Positions 1 to 11,026 of a stretch of 64,000 bases of DNA are shown here, in pieces. A program made the position numbers and the translations under genes. Position 1 is the stretch's first letter. Each line of letters begins with the position of its first letter. The stretch is from Fibrobacteria bacterium. GTDB lineage: Bacteria > Fibrobacterota > Fibrobacteria > UBA11236. The stretch spans positions 64,001-128,000 of the forward strand of contig JAYTSD010000020.1 in the NCBI GenBank assembly GCA_043745805.1, given 5' to 3'. Below the pieces are notes generated by a model. That model was not told the origin of the DNA. It ran no database searches and saw nothing but the letters and a program-made list of their open reading frames with translations.

Positions 1-2
1 GC

Positions 3-659
3 AAAAAAAATGTAGTGCTTTTGGGCGGCCATGTAGAGCGCTTTAATCCTGCGGTGATTTTGCTAAAAGAAAAAATTAAAGATTTGGGTTCCATTTACCA
101 TATTGAAACCGAAAGAACGGGCCCTTTTCCAGAACGTATTTTTTCCTTAGGCGTAGCGATAGATTTATTGGTGCATGATATTGACTTAATTCTCATGTTA
201 ACTCAAATGTTACCTGAGTGGACCTTTGCGCATGAAGAAAGACGAGTGCATCCTTCTTGTGAAGATGGTATTACCGCGCTTCTGGGTTTTCCTAAAAATA
301 TTGTGGCAGTGATGAAGGCCAATTGGCTATCGCCCACTAAAGAACGTCGCTTGCGCATTTATGGTGCTAAAGGCATGTTCGAAGTCGATTTTTTAAACCG
401 GCAATTACGGTTTTTCGAAAATAGCTTTACCGCCCCTATCGAAGATAATTTTGGCTTGGTCGGTATGGAAGAAGGCAATCAAATTAAATTTAAAACAGTG
501 CCTACGGAGCCGCTGGCCGCTGAATTAGATTTTTTTATTCAATGCATTAATGAAAATAAATCATGCGAAGAAATGACCAAAAGCAATTTAGAAGCGGTGC
601 GGATTGTGAATACCATTTTAACCTCCGCGCATAAAAACGAAAAAATAAATTTCGCTTAA
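3..659 (+). CDS. Gfo/Idh/MocA-family oxidoreductase, 5'-truncated by window edge (probable nucleotide-sugar dehydrogenase)
   Basis: GHVERFNPAV and DLLVHDID motifs; frame open to window start; sugar-cluster context. Confidence 0.85.
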   Translation, partial: KKNVVLLGGHVERFNPAVILLKEKIKDLGSIYHIETERTGPFPERIFSLGVAIDLLVHDIDLILMLTQMLPEWTFAHEERRVHPSCEDGITALLGFPKNIVAVMKANWLSPTKERRLRIYGAKGMFEVDFLNRQLRFFENSFTAPIEDNFGLVGMEEGNQIKFKTVPTEPLAAELDFFIQCINENKSCEEMTKSNLEAVRIVNTILTSAHKNEKINFA

Positions 660-661
660 TT

Positions 662-1426
662 TTATTTGATTAAACGCTGTTCCCAATGCTGAATATGCGT
701 TTCCAAATCGAGAGCCGCTTCCTTTTTACAAATCAACAATAAAGTATCGGCAAAAAAAGGAAAGTATTTGGCTAGCCATGCTGAAGGCTTGCAATGCCTA
801 ATGGTAAGGCGTGTAGGGATTAAACGCTCCACCTTGAATCCCACAAAATTCAAAGTCTTTTCCAAAGTTAAATAGTCATAAGTTTGAAAATGCAAATCGC
901 CTAATTTTCCTAGGGCATAATAATTCATAAAGGGCTGTTTATGGCGCAAATAAGGCAGCCAACGCTCAAAGGTAAATACATTAGGTGTATGAATAATTAA
1001 GCGTCCATTATCCGCAAGTAAGGTGCGAATATGTTTTAAGCCTAGCACAGGATTGCGTAAATGTTCAATGATATCCATGAAATAAATAAAGTCATATTGC
1101 TCATTAGCAAAGATATTAATGCCTTCTTCTATATCGCATAATACAGTTTGCATGGAAACATGATTCGTTTCCGCAAGTTGCTTTACTTTGGTTAATTGCT
1201 GTGGAGAAATATCCGCGGCGCTGACTTGATGACCTTTCTTCGCTAATGCCAAAGCCAATTGCCCTTCAGCACAGCCTAAATCCAAAACGGAATAAGATTT
1301 TTTTTCGGGATAAGAGTCGAGAAGCGATGAAAATAATTTGAGTTCACGGCTATCGTTTTGTTGCGGAAGTGTGCTCGCCTTATCGTAAAATTCAGCATAG
1401 TTATCCAGTAAATTTTTTTGCGTCAT
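662..1426 (-). CDS. Class I SAM-dependent methyltransferase
   Basis: VLDLGCAEG motif I, DIIEHLRNP, GRLIIHTPN; 4-bp overlap with upstream GT. Confidence 0.85.
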   Translation of the reverse strand: MTQKNLLDNYAEFYDKASTLPQQNDSRELKLFSSLLDSYPEKKSYSVLDLGCAEGQLALALAKKGHQVSAADISPQQLTKVKQLAETNHVSMQTVLCDIEEGINIFANEQYDFIYFMDIIEHLRNPVLGLKHIRTLLADNGRLIIHTPNVFTFERWLPYLRHKQPFMNYYALGKLGDLHFQTYDYLTLEKTLNFVGFKVERLIPTRLTIRHCKPSAWLAKYFPFFADTLLLICKKEAALDLETHIQHWEQRLIK

Positions 1427-2541
1427 GCTTTTAAACCTATGCTTTGATAAAGCGTTTTCATGCGTTTGGCCACTGCGGCATGGCTATGGGTTTTTTGCAG
1501 CCACATTTTGGCCTCTTCCCCTTTTGCCTGTAAGCCTTCCGGACGACTTAAAATTTGCGCGAGTACCTGTTTTAAAGTTTGCGGAGTCGCCAAATAAAAA
1601 GGATGATCGGGCATATCCTTTACCAAATAATCGGCAAAGTCAGCCACGCAAGGAATACCCATGGCAAACATTTCCAAAGAACTAATTCCATAACCTGTAC
1701 CACCACGGTTACCTACATGATCGATACATAAATCGCAAGTAAACTTTATTTTGCGACATTCATTTTGGCTTAGCCCTTCAATTAATACAAATTCAAAATC
1801 GAATTGCTTTTTTAATTCCTCGATAATGGGTAAAATGAGATCGGTGCCTTTATTATATCTATCGGAAGGGGCATGCACAATTCTTAAAGGTTTTTTTTCA
1901 GCATTTGACTTATTGTGCCTCAGCAAATGAGTGGCTAATTCAAATGGCATATTCAGCAAATGAATATTTGGATGTAAAAATTGATGATCCGATTCTACAC
2001 TAATATTTAAATCACTGAGCTTATCAAGTGCGGAATTAACCCCTTGCACACGCAATTCGGTACCATAAAATGCGGAAATAATTTTTGCTCCGTCCTGCTT
2101 TAATGCCTTAGCTAAATCGGCATTCCAAGTTAAATCCTTGGCGCCATCGAATTGCACTACATCATAGCCTGCGAGTTTATAATCACGAATAATTTGAGGG
2201 ATTCTCCGGCGAATAAAAAAATCCTTAATCGGAAACCAAACTCTTTCTAAGGGTCCAGGGGGCAATTGCATTAAGGGTTTGAGAGGAATTTGTAAATCCT
2301 CAGGATTGGGTTGTGCCACGCGGCGACCGGATTCAATGACTCTTTGTTTTAATTTCCAATCGCGATATCTACGCACCGGATAATAATCTAAGAGTGGTAC
2401 TTTAATGATGGGATAGTCTAAAGCCTCGGCATGGCATTGAATATAGACCATATCCGAAGTATGCCCTTGTTTGCATTCTAGTTCAATGAAATTACGTGGG
2501 ACACCTTGCATGGGTCCATGGGCGATATGCAAAATTTTCAT
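1423..2541 (-). CDS. Glycosyltransferase, GT-B fold (GT4-like)
   Basis: MKILHI start, IVHAPSDRYNKGT, GYGISSLEMFAMGIPCV. Confidence 0.8.
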   Translation of the reverse strand: MKILHIAHGPMQGVPRNFIELECKQGHTSDMVYIQCHAEALDYPIIKVPLLDYYPVRRYRDWKLKQRVIESGRRVAQPNPEDLQIPLKPLMQLPPGPLERVWFPIKDFFIRRRIPQIIRDYKLAGYDVVQFDGAKDLTWNADLAKALKQDGAKIISAFYGTELRVQGVNSALDKLSDLNISVESDHQFLHPNIHLLNMPFELATHLLRHNKSNAEKKPLRIVHAPSDRYNKGTDLILPIIEELKKQFDFEFVLIEGLSQNECRKIKFTCDLCIDHVGNRGGTGYGISSLEMFAMGIPCVADFADYLVKDMPDHPFYLATPQTLKQVLAQILSRPEGLQAKGEEAKMWLQKTHSHAAVAKRMKTLYQSIGLKA

Positions 2542-2602
2542 AGCTTACAATTTAAAAGATTATTGGTGTGCATTGGGCTAAGGTCGCTTTATTTAGCATA
2601 AA

Positions 2603-3724
2603 TTAGCTTAAAAATTTTTGCAATCCCGCTTCGAAATTTTCCCAGCACCAAATTTTTTTAGCCTTTTCACATGAAGCTTGGTAAGTGGGTAGGTTTTCAA
2701 CGATTGTTTTTAGACTCTGTAAAATACTTTCCGATGAATAGGGATCGCATAATACTCCAATAGGATTTTCTTTTAAGAATTCTCGATGTGCCGTTGTATT
2801 ACCTAATAAAACCGGCAATCCTGCTTGTATATAATCAAAGATTTTATTAGGAAGTGTATAATCAATGCTAAGGGTTAAGGGTTGTACTAGATGTAAACCA
2901 ATATCCGCATTTTGCATAGCCGGTTGAAGCTTTTCAAAGGATAGCATGCCATAAAATTTTACTCGGGAGTTTAATCCCAATGACCTTACTTTTTGTTCGA
3001 GTAATACATGTTCCTCACCTGATCCATATATATCTAAAACAAATTCTGAATTATTTTTGAGTGCTTCAATCACTTCTAGCAACCCTGAACCAATACGCAA
3101 AATACCTTGAAAAATCAGCATCACAGGTTTATTAATGACCAATGATTTGGGAACGAGATAATTTATAGAAGTAGAAAAGGGAACATTAGGAAGTAAATAA
3201 ATTTTACTGCGAGGAAAATTTTGCTGAAAATATTTTTCAAAATATGGACTTACCGTAGTTAACTTAGGAGTTACTAGCAAACCGAATTTATGCCATAAAG
3301 TCCAGAATATTTTTCGTGACCAACGATTTTGCACAAAAGGCGTTTCGGGAAATATCTCGCGAGCATCATAAATAAATTTTCGACCTTGGCATTTGCCGAG
3401 CCAAGCTAATGGCAATAAAGGCGGTGCATCCATGGCTATCCATAAGCGACTTTTGCTGCGGAATAAAATGGGAATTATACGTAAAGTAAATTGTAGGAAA
3501 GTTTTAGAAAAAGCCTGTAAATGGGATGTGGAAGTGAGAATGCGAATATCAAATTCTTTCCATTGTTCGCCGGGAGGAGTAAATGGTTTGTCGCAATAAA
3601 GAATAGGTTTATAGCCCATTTTTTTTAGGCTAAGCATCCATTTATAACAACGATAATCAATTCCTATATCACCGATAAAAGCAATTAATACTTCTTGCGA
3701 GGACGATGAGGAATCAGTTTGCAT
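2603..3724 (-). CDS. Glycosyltransferase family 4
   Basis: FIYDARE, LPNKIFDYIQAGLPVL. Confidence 0.85.
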   Translation of the reverse strand: MQTDSSSSSQEVLIAFIGDIGIDYRCYKWMLSLKKMGYKPILYCDKPFTPPGEQWKEFDIRILTSTSHLQAFSKTFLQFTLRIIPILFRSKSRLWIAMDAPPLLPLAWLGKCQGRKFIYDAREIFPETPFVQNRWSRKIFWTLWHKFGLLVTPKLTTVSPYFEKYFQQNFPRSKIYLLPNVPFSTSINYLVPKSLVINKPVMLIFQGILRIGSGLLEVIEALKNNSEFVLDIYGSGEEHVLLEQKVRSLGLNSRVKFYGMLSFEKLQPAMQNADIGLHLVQPLTLSIDYTLPNKIFDYIQAGLPVLLGNTTAHREFLKENPIGVLCDPYSSESILQSLKTIVENLPTYQASCEKAKKIWCWENFEAGLQKFLS

Positions 3725-4121
3725 ATTATTTTAAAACCATTTCTAAAAGCATTAGATATACAAATTTTTCATGCTAGGTTTACCGGGAGCCAATCAAAAT
3801 TTGACCGTCCTGCGCAATTTATGACCAGCAATGAAGTTTATTTACGCGCGCATGGAGGGAAATCGAATAGTTTAAGCAAATATTTTTAGGCTTGGATATT
3901 GCTTAAAATCAAATTGCTGAACACCAAAGGTTTTGATCATGATTTTTTTAAAATATTTACTGTTAATCGCAAATTCCATACAAAAACAAAAACCTATGGT
4001 TAACCTCACAAAAAACAAATCTCCTGGAGTCATTGTATTCGGGTCTGAATCATACAAAGTGAATGGACGGCGGGATAATTTGCATTGAATATTTGCTTGC
4101 ATCAAATTCGCGGTATTCAAT

Positions 4122-5384
4122 ATGTGGAGATACAAAAATATTTTATCATCGCATCCTTGCACTTGTATATTTATTTTCGGCCTTATACTTCGTTTATTTT
4201 GGGCCAAATTTATAGTAACGGGAACACCTTCCTTAGACGATAAAGTCTATTTGGATTTAGCCCAACACCTAGCTTTACACAATGAGTTTTTAGATTCTGC
4301 GGATAATGGATTAAGAGCCTATCGACCTATCGGGTACCCGGCATTTTTGTCAGTATTCTTTCGTTTTTTTCATCATCCCGAACCATTAATTATCGCTTTT
4401 CAAGCCATAATTAGTAGTGTCATAGCAGTAATGATATATATAATGTCTTTTAAATTATTTAAAAACAAATCCGCGGCATTTATTACTGCCATAGCTTATG
4501 CAGGCTTGCCATCAGTCATAAGTTTATGCGTTAATTTTTGGTCCGAAACTCTAAATGCATTTTTATTATTGTGCGCCTTTTACTTTGCTATGGATACTCG
4601 ATCATTTTTCAAAACTATTTTAGCGGGATGTTTTTTAGGACTTGCCTGTTTTTTCCGAGCGAATATAATCTTGCTACTACCACTATTCTATCTGCCGATA
4701 ATTTTGGAGCGTAAATGGAACGCTTATATAAGTAAAACCTTGTTGCTTGGAATTACTGTCTTGGTTATTACTTTGCCTTGGAGTTATCGCAATTATAAAG
4801 TGCTTAATCAATTTTGTTGGATTTCTTCAAATATGGGTGTAAATCTTTATTTAGGACATAATCCTGAAGCGGATGGTACGGCGAAACAGCCTGCCAGTGT
4901 GGATAGTGTTTTTAATTTGCAGTTTAACGAGATGCAATTGTCGGAAAAATTTTCTGGTTTGGCAGGAAAATATGCTTTTACTCATCCTAAGCGAGAATTA
5001 GAATTGTTTTTTATTAAATTAACTCGTGTGATGAGTCGTGATCGTAGTCCAGTAATGTTTAGTTTTGTGCAATCCTTACAGCCGACTTTTAGTTTTCTGC
5101 AAAAACTTTTTGCCGCCTTTAATAATTTACTTTATCTTTTTTTATTGCTTCCATTTGTTTATCTATTTAAGTTTCGTTTATGGAAACACTTCCCTGAAGT
5201 TTCGGGAATATTTATTTCCATTTGGACGCAGTTTTTATTTTACGCGACCGTAGTAGCGGATGATAGATATAAACATATAACCTTGCCATTAATGTGTATT
5301 CTAGCCACTTTTACGGTAAAAAAAATTTTAGAAAGAAATTCTCAAGATATTTTTTCAGTTGAAATTCTTGTGAAGTCCTCATAG
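4122..5384 (+). CDS. GT-C (ArnT/PMT_2-like) integral membrane glycosyltransferase
   Basis: Many TM segments; DDKVY, AYRPIGYPAFL, WSETL, LPWSYRNY, NLYLGHNP. Confidence 0.75.
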   Translation: MWRYKNILSSHPCTCIFIFGLILRLFWAKFIVTGTPSLDDKVYLDLAQHLALHNEFLDSADNGLRAYRPIGYPAFLSVFFRFFHHPEPLIIAFQAIISSVIAVMIYIMSFKLFKNKSAAFITAIAYAGLPSVISLCVNFWSETLNAFLLLCAFYFAMDTRSFFKTILAGCFLGLACFFRANIILLLPLFYLPIILERKWNAYISKTLLLGITVLVITLPWSYRNYKVLNQFCWISSNMGVNLYLGHNPEADGTAKQPASVDSVFNLQFNEMQLSEKFSGLAGKYAFTHPKRELELFFIKLTRVMSRDRSPVMFSFVQSLQPTFSFLQKLFAAFNNLLYLFLLLPFVYLFKFRLWKHFPEVSGIFISIWTQFLFYATVVADDRYKHITLPLMCILATFTVKKILERNSQDIFSVEILVKSS

Positions 5385-5391
5385 TATCTCC

Positions 5392-6267
5392 ATGCCCCTC
5401 TTAAAACCCCTCATCCTTTCCTTACGTCCGCAACAATGGATTAAAAATTTATTCCTACTTGCCCCATTATTCTTCTCCAAAAATCTTTTGCATGGCGAGG
5501 CCATAGTCAAAGCCGTTTTGGGTTTGCTGGTTTATAATTTGCTTTCAGGGGCTATTTACATATTCAATGATATCGTAGATTTGGAGTCGGACAAAAGCCA
5601 TCCACAAAAATCTAAACGACCGCTGGCCGCAGGAAAAATTTCCATTACTCAAGCCAAAGGGTTTGCGGTAAGCGTTTTAGTCTTCGCTTTAGGAAGTGCA
5701 TATTATTTAGATAAAGCTTTTTTCTACGTATGCCTGATGGCAATTATATTGCAATTACTGTATTCATTACTACTAAAGAAAATGGTTATTCTCGATGTGA
5801 TGGCCATAGCCTTGGCTTTTGTATTGCGGGTCTTGGCAGGTGCGGTATTGATTCATGTGCAAGCCTCAGCGTGGATATTGATTTGCGCTTTGCTCTTGGC
5901 TTTATTTTTAGCCTTAGGGAAAAGACGACATGAATTATTATTTGCTGCGCATATTGAATTGCCGCGTAAGGTGCTAAGCGATTATACCTTGGAGTTATTA
6001 GATCAAATGCTGGCTATTAACGCAGCGGCCACCATTATTACTTATGCTTTATACACCATTTCGGATTCGACTCAAGAGCATTTTCACACCAAAAACTTAG
6101 TGTATACTTTGCCTTTTGTGCTGTATGGAATTTTCCGCTATCTCTATCTTATTCATAAACAAGAAAAGGGGGGAAATCCCGAAACGGTTTTGGTTACCGA
6201 CAAGCCGCTTTACCTCAATATTTTATTTTGGATTTTAACTTCGGGATTTATTATTTATTTCGCGTAA
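5392..6267 (+). CDS. UbiA-family polyprenyl-phosphate phosphoribosyltransferase (decaprenyl-phosphate phosphoribosyltransferase-like)
   Basis: LRPQQWIKN, YIFNDIVDLESDKSHPQKSKRPLAAG, LGKRRHEL, YGIFRY. Confidence 0.88.
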   Translation: MPLLKPLILSLRPQQWIKNLFLLAPLFFSKNLLHGEAIVKAVLGLLVYNLLSGAIYIFNDIVDLESDKSHPQKSKRPLAAGKISITQAKGFAVSVLVFALGSAYYLDKAFFYVCLMAIILQLLYSLLLKKMVILDVMAIALAFVLRVLAGAVLIHVQASAWILICALLLALFLALGKRRHELLFAAHIELPRKVLSDYTLELLDQMLAINAAATIITYALYTISDSTQEHFHTKNLVYTLPFVLYGIFRYLYLIHKQEKGGNPETVLVTDKPLYLNILFWILTSGFIIYFA

Positions 6268-6331
6268 AAAATAAAGTTGTGAAAACCAGAACCATCCATA
6301 CTATTGATCCCAATTTCCGCTTATTCACACT

Positions 6332-7420
6332 TCATAATTGGCTCATCAACTTTTCATAAACCTCGGCCGTTTTAATCGCTGTGGCTTGCCAGGTAAGTGC
6401 GGTAAAAAAATCTTTGGGTAATACCGGTGTTTTTTGAACCAAAGCGGCTGCTAATGCATTGCGAATGGAAGCAATAGCATAAGGATTACAATATTGTGCA
6501 TACTCTTTAAAATAAGCGCGTGTATAGCCACATTCCGTGATAACAATTTTGGCATTTGCGGCAAGTGCTTCTAAAGCGGATAATCCGGTAGTTTCAAAAA
6601 AACTAGGTAATACGCAAATCTCGGCTTCCGCATATAGTTTGAGCGCCTCTTCATGCGCGATACGGCCGCGATAAAAAATATTTTGGTTATCAATCAGTTT
6701 TTCAAATTGCTTAAAATATTTAGCATAGGCCGCATTGGCTTGACCAATGAATACCAAGCTATACTCAGGATAATCTTGTACTAGTTGCAAAAATGCTTGG
6801 CATAAAGCGATTTGATTTTTGGCGGGTCCAATATGACCGGCGCAAACGATCATTTTCTTTTTCGCCGCGATTTGAGCAGTAGAAATATTTACAGCATTAG
6901 GTATCGTGGTATATTTTAAGTTACCGGTAACTTCAATGTCTCTTTGAAGAGCGGCCAATTCCAAATCCGAATTGGGAAGTAAGCAATTCACACCAGCAAT
7001 AATTTCTTTTACGGTTTTGCGAAAAAACAAAATTGCCTTCCAACAAGGGAGGGTTTTATTTTTCCAAGCATAATAAAATTCACGTCCCCCTAAATAAGTC
7101 CAAATAGGGAAACTTTTGAATCCTAGTCGATGCCCATAAAATTTTTGGGTTTCGGGAATAGGTATCCAAATAGTAGATAAGACTATTTTTTTCTGTAAGC
7201 GTTTGGCATCGAGATAGAGGCGATACGTTTCGGACAATTGATTTAAATTAAAAAGATGAATAATATCATATTCGGCCAAATTAGGATTGCTTTCGGCAAT
7301 ATCTACGGTATATCCTAAAGCTATTAAAGCTTCGCGGGTGTTTAATAATTGCACCCAATCTCCATGCGCTTGCCTTTGCGAAACGGGGCGATTACACATG
7401 AGGATTTTTGGTTTATTCAT
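6332..7420 (-). CDS. Glycosyltransferase family 4
   Basis: LPSFFETTGLSALEALAA, KNQ motif. Confidence 0.88.
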   Translation of the reverse strand: MNKPKILMCNRPVSQRQAHGDWVQLLNTREALIALGYTVDIAESNPNLAEYDIIHLFNLNQLSETYRLYLDAKRLQKKIVLSTIWIPIPETQKFYGHRLGFKSFPIWTYLGGREFYYAWKNKTLPCWKAILFFRKTVKEIIAGVNCLLPNSDLELAALQRDIEVTGNLKYTTIPNAVNISTAQIAAKKKMIVCAGHIGPAKNQIALCQAFLQLVQDYPEYSLVFIGQANAAYAKYFKQFEKLIDNQNIFYRGRIAHEEALKLYAEAEICVLPSFFETTGLSALEALAANAKIVITECGYTRAYFKEYAQYCNPYAIASIRNALAAALVQKTPVLPKDFFTALTWQATAIKTAEVYEKLMSQL

Positions 7421-7578
7421 TGGATATTATGTCAAAACTTCAGTAGATATACAAATTCTTTGGGCATGGACATTATTATCGATGGCCTTGATTAAAAGTT
7501 TAGTGGTTTTCTTGACGTCTTGCAACTAGCAGGATAAATTGTTGCAAACATTATCTTCACAGTCTTCACAAGGGGATC

Positions 7579-8811
7579 ATGCACCATAAATTTTCATGGC
7601 AACAAATGGGCAAACCATTTTATGGTTTAATTTTTGTGGCTTGCTTAATTAGACTTTGTTTTCTGCTATTAATTCCCTTTGATGATCGCCATCATAATTT
7701 TGGCATTACTGGATTTAATGATGAAATGTCGCATATTCATTATGTGGAATATCTTATTCAGTTTCATAAACTCCCCATTGACATTCATAATTCCCAAGAA
7801 CCCGATGCTTTTGAAGTAAATGAATTTGAATACTATCAATCGCCGCTCTATTATTTATGGGCCATGCCTTTTGCAATGCTAGGAGAAAAACTTTCTCCGC
7901 AGCAACCCTTTTATTTTATGCGTTTGGCTTCGCTGATTTGTGGAGTATTAACCGTGGCCTTAGCCTTTTTTATAGGGTGTCATTTTCGTAGAAGTATAGG
8001 TTGGGTTTGTGCATGGATACTGGCTTTGTTTCCCGCCCACATTTACTATACCTCCATAGTGACGAATGACAGTTTAATGTGGTTAATAGGCGCGAGTTTA
8101 TTGTGGTGGATATTAAAAAGTACGTCGTTAGAGAAACCATCAAATATGAGTAACAGCATTGGGATGGCCTGCATTTTAGCCGCAGGCTTATGGTGCAAAA
8201 GTTCTATGCTTACTTTATTACCCTTAGTTTTTGTAAAACCTATTTTGGCTTTTTTGCAGCAGAAAAAATTAAATCACTTCTGGAAACCCATAGCGGCGGT
8301 ATGCATAGCCTTAGTATTAAGCGCTCCTATTTATTTAAGGAATTTGCAACTCTATGGTGATCTGCTTGCTTTAGAAAGCGGCACTGGGCCAGGCGGAAAA
8401 TACCTTTTTGCATTTACCTTACATAATTTTTATGAATTTATTTCTTATACCATTTCAACATTTTGGTTCCCTTTAAATTTGACTTATTCCTATCAAAACA
8501 TCTTTTTAAAAGGTGCCATGATTTGTGCCACAATCTTATTTTGTGCGACCATTATTTGGGGAGGGGTTAAAATTTTTCAAAGCAAAACATTTTTTTCTTT
8601 AGCTGAATTAAACTCCTCAGCCTTTGCGGATTATGCTGTGGTTTGGAGTAGCTTACTTTTATGTTTAGTGGGATATGTTCAATATAATGGAATTTTTCGT
8701 CAAAGCGATGCACGTCTTTTCTTTCATGCTTTAGTGGCCTTGTTTGTAATATTTTCTTTAGCCTTAGCGGAAATTTTTCCAGCACAGTTTAAGCGTTTAG
8801 ATAATGTATAA
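7579..8811 (+). CDS. GT-C membrane glycosyltransferase-like protein (DUF2142/GT39-like)
   Basis: NDEMSHIHYV, EYYQSPLYY, SIVTNDSL, multiple TM helices. Confidence 0.7.
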   Translation: MHHKFSWQQMGKPFYGLIFVACLIRLCFLLLIPFDDRHHNFGITGFNDEMSHIHYVEYLIQFHKLPIDIHNSQEPDAFEVNEFEYYQSPLYYLWAMPFAMLGEKLSPQQPFYFMRLASLICGVLTVALAFFIGCHFRRSIGWVCAWILALFPAHIYYTSIVTNDSLMWLIGASLLWWILKSTSLEKPSNMSNSIGMACILAAGLWCKSSMLTLLPLVFVKPILAFLQQKKLNHFWKPIAAVCIALVLSAPIYLRNLQLYGDLLALESGTGPGGKYLFAFTLHNFYEFISYTISTFWFPLNLTYSYQNIFLKGAMICATILFCATIIWGGVKIFQSKTFFSLAELNSSAFADYAVVWSSLLLCLVGYVQYNGIFRQSDARLFFHALVALFVIFSLALAEIFPAQFKRLDNV

Positions 8812-8823
8812 TAGATTGTAAAT

Positions 8824-9939
8824 ATGGAAAAACATAATATCCCCTTACTCGATTTAAAGCGTCAATACCAACCTTTACGCCTCGAAATTGAAAATGCTGT
8901 AAAGCAATGCTTATCCTCGCAGCAATTTATTTTAGGCCCCGAAGTGGAACGCTTCGAAAAGGAAATGGCGGAGTATATTGGCGCGCCTTATGCTTTAGGT
9001 ATATCCTCTGGCACCGATGCTTTGCTTTTGTCGCTGATGGCTTTGGACATTGGTCCGGGTGATGAAGTAATAACCAGTCCCTTTACTTTTTTCGCCACAG
9101 CGGGTTGTCTTGCGCGCGTGGGCGCAAAGCCGATATTTGTGGATATACATGCGCATACCTTTAATCTCGATGAACGCTTAGTGGAAGCGGCCATTACTTC
9201 TAAAACCAAAGCGATTTTGCCCGTGCATTTATTTGGTCAATGCTGTGAAATGTCCGCCATTATGGATTTGGCTAAAAAACATAAACTCTTGGTGATAGAA
9301 GATGCGGCGCAAAGTTTGGGAGCTAAAAACAGAGGTATCCAAGCCGGTAACTTTGGTGATACCGGTTGTTATTCCTTCTTCCCTTCTAAAAATTTAGGCG
9401 GCGCGGGCGATAGCGGATTGATAGTGACACATAATCGAGACTTGTATGAAAAAATGAAAATCTTGCGTGTGCATGGATCGCATCCCAAATATTATCACTC
9501 GCTGATTGGCGGTAATTTCCGATTAGATGCTTTGCAAGCAGTTATTTTATCGATTAAGTTGAAGCATTTAAATACTTGGGCCGAACAAAGAAATCATAAT
9601 GCAAGACTATATAATCAACTACTGCAAGATTTACCTTCACCTGTTTTACAAACGCCAACCATTACCGCAGATAACTATTCGGTATTTAATCAATATTGTA
9701 TTCTTACGGAAAAGCGCGATAAGCTCAAAGAGTATTTACAAGAGCGCGGAGTCGGCACGGAAATTTATTATCCACTAGCATTGCATGAGCAAGAATGTTT
9801 TCAATATCTTGGTTATAGGCAAGGTGATTTCCCCATCAGCGAAAAATCGACAAAAGAAATTTTGGCTTTACCAATTTTTCCAGAATTACAAGCAGATGAA
9901 ATTAATATTGTTGCCAATACCATCAAGCAATTTTTTTAA
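8824..9939 (+). CDS. DegT/DnrJ/EryC1/StrS PLP-dependent sugar aminotransferase
   Basis: SSGTDAL, PVHLFGQ, IEDAAQ, SFFPSKNLGGAGD. Confidence 0.95.
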   Translation: MEKHNIPLLDLKRQYQPLRLEIENAVKQCLSSQQFILGPEVERFEKEMAEYIGAPYALGISSGTDALLLSLMALDIGPGDEVITSPFTFFATAGCLARVGAKPIFVDIHAHTFNLDERLVEAAITSKTKAILPVHLFGQCCEMSAIMDLAKKHKLLVIEDAAQSLGAKNRGIQAGNFGDTGCYSFFPSKNLGGAGDSGLIVTHNRDLYEKMKILRVHGSHPKYYHSLIGGNFRLDALQAVILSIKLKHLNTWAEQRNHNARLYNQLLQDLPSPVLQTPTITADNYSVFNQYCILTEKRDKLKEYLQERGVGTEIYYPLALHEQECFQYLGYRQGDFPISEKSTKEILALPIFPELQADEINIVANTIKQFF

Positions 9940-9949
9940 ACTGGATATT

Positions 9950-11026
9950 CTACCAAGCCACTGAAGCGTTGTCAGTACAAAGTTGCACAGTATTGTTCAG
10001 TATATGAAAAGAATCGGGTAATACTGAAATCCCCAATAATGAAATAGCGTTTTGTAAGGGAATATAAATTCGATTTATCTTTGGAAAGAAGGCACTTTCT
10101 TCGGGAATTTCCAATTTTAAAGCCGGTAAATTTTGCGCTACTTTGCCAAAAGAAACGCATTCAAATCGATCATTATGTTTATGTAAATAAGCACATAAAT
10201 GTTCAAAATGTTCCATAGTTTTTAGCATTGGCTTTAAGGGCTTATCCATCCAAAATCTTTCATCACGATTAATGAATTCAAAATTATGCAAAAGTATATT
10301 GACGGTAGATAATCCCGAATTATAGGCGCTATTTAAAATCTTTTCGGCATATTCAAAACGTGTGCAGGCGGCTTGAAAGGGTTTGTTTTGATATGCCAAA
10401 AAAGAACGCAAATCACGAATTTGAAAATTTGTTAGGGGTATTTCCACAATTCCATGTTGAAGAAAAATATCATTTTGTTCACGCGGTAAAAGCACTCTGC
10501 AATCATTGGGCGAATAGCTCGAATTATAGTTGGAGGCTAGAGGAATATTTAGTTTTTGTAAAGCTAAATAGGTTTCATTATTCGCGCCAAAATTCCCAGC
10601 TCTAAAAGCCTTAACTTCTGCTCCATTTTTCGCTAGTAAATCGCATCCCAAACGTATAAGCTCGACTTGTTTTTCAAGCGTATAATTAAACATTTGGTCG
10701 GACCAGCGCCGGCCATCCCTAAAGGACAACCAAGCTGGATGCATATGTAATTGTATGTCTTGTTTAAATGATTGGATTTTATGAATGGTACTTTCTAGGG
10801 ATTCGGGACCGAAATAGTAAGAGCAAAATGGCTCAACAAAAAAAGTACTGGCCAAATCATTTTTTTCTAGGATTTTTAGAATATAGCTAAGCCCATAGGA
10901 CTTCCCTTCCACAGGACAATCCATGCTAATTGTGGGAATAGTGCTTTTTTCGCCTATGCGAAAATACTGCATCCCGCTATGTTCGACGTCAATGGTGATA
11001 AAAACCTTGACCTTATTTTTTCTCAT
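9950..11026 (-). CDS. Polysaccharide deacetylase-like protein
   Basis: FITIDVE, STFFVEP, QLHMHP, AFRAGNFG. Confidence 0.8.
   Translation of the reverse strand: MRKNKVKVFITIDVEHSGMQYFRIGEKSTIPTISMDCPVEGKSYGLSYILKILEKNDLASTFFVEPFCSYYFGPESLESTIHKIQSFKQDIQLHMHPAWLSFRDGRRWSDQMFNYTLEKQVELIRLGCDLLAKNGAEVKAFRAGNFGANNETYLALQKLNIPLASNYNSSYSPNDCRVLLPREQNDIFLQHGIVEIPLTNFQIRDLRSFLAYQNKPFQAACTRFEYAEKILNSAYNSGLSTVNILLHNFEFINRDERFWMDKPLKPMLKTMEHFEHLCAYLHKHNDRFECVSFGKVAQNLPALKLEIPEESAFFPKINRIYIPLQNAISLLGISVLPDSFHILNNTVQLCTDNASVAW

Noticed and set aside
3872-4207. 111-aa minus-strand ORF
   Set aside because: Overlaps the start of the GT-C gene on the opposite strand and has no motif; likely spurious
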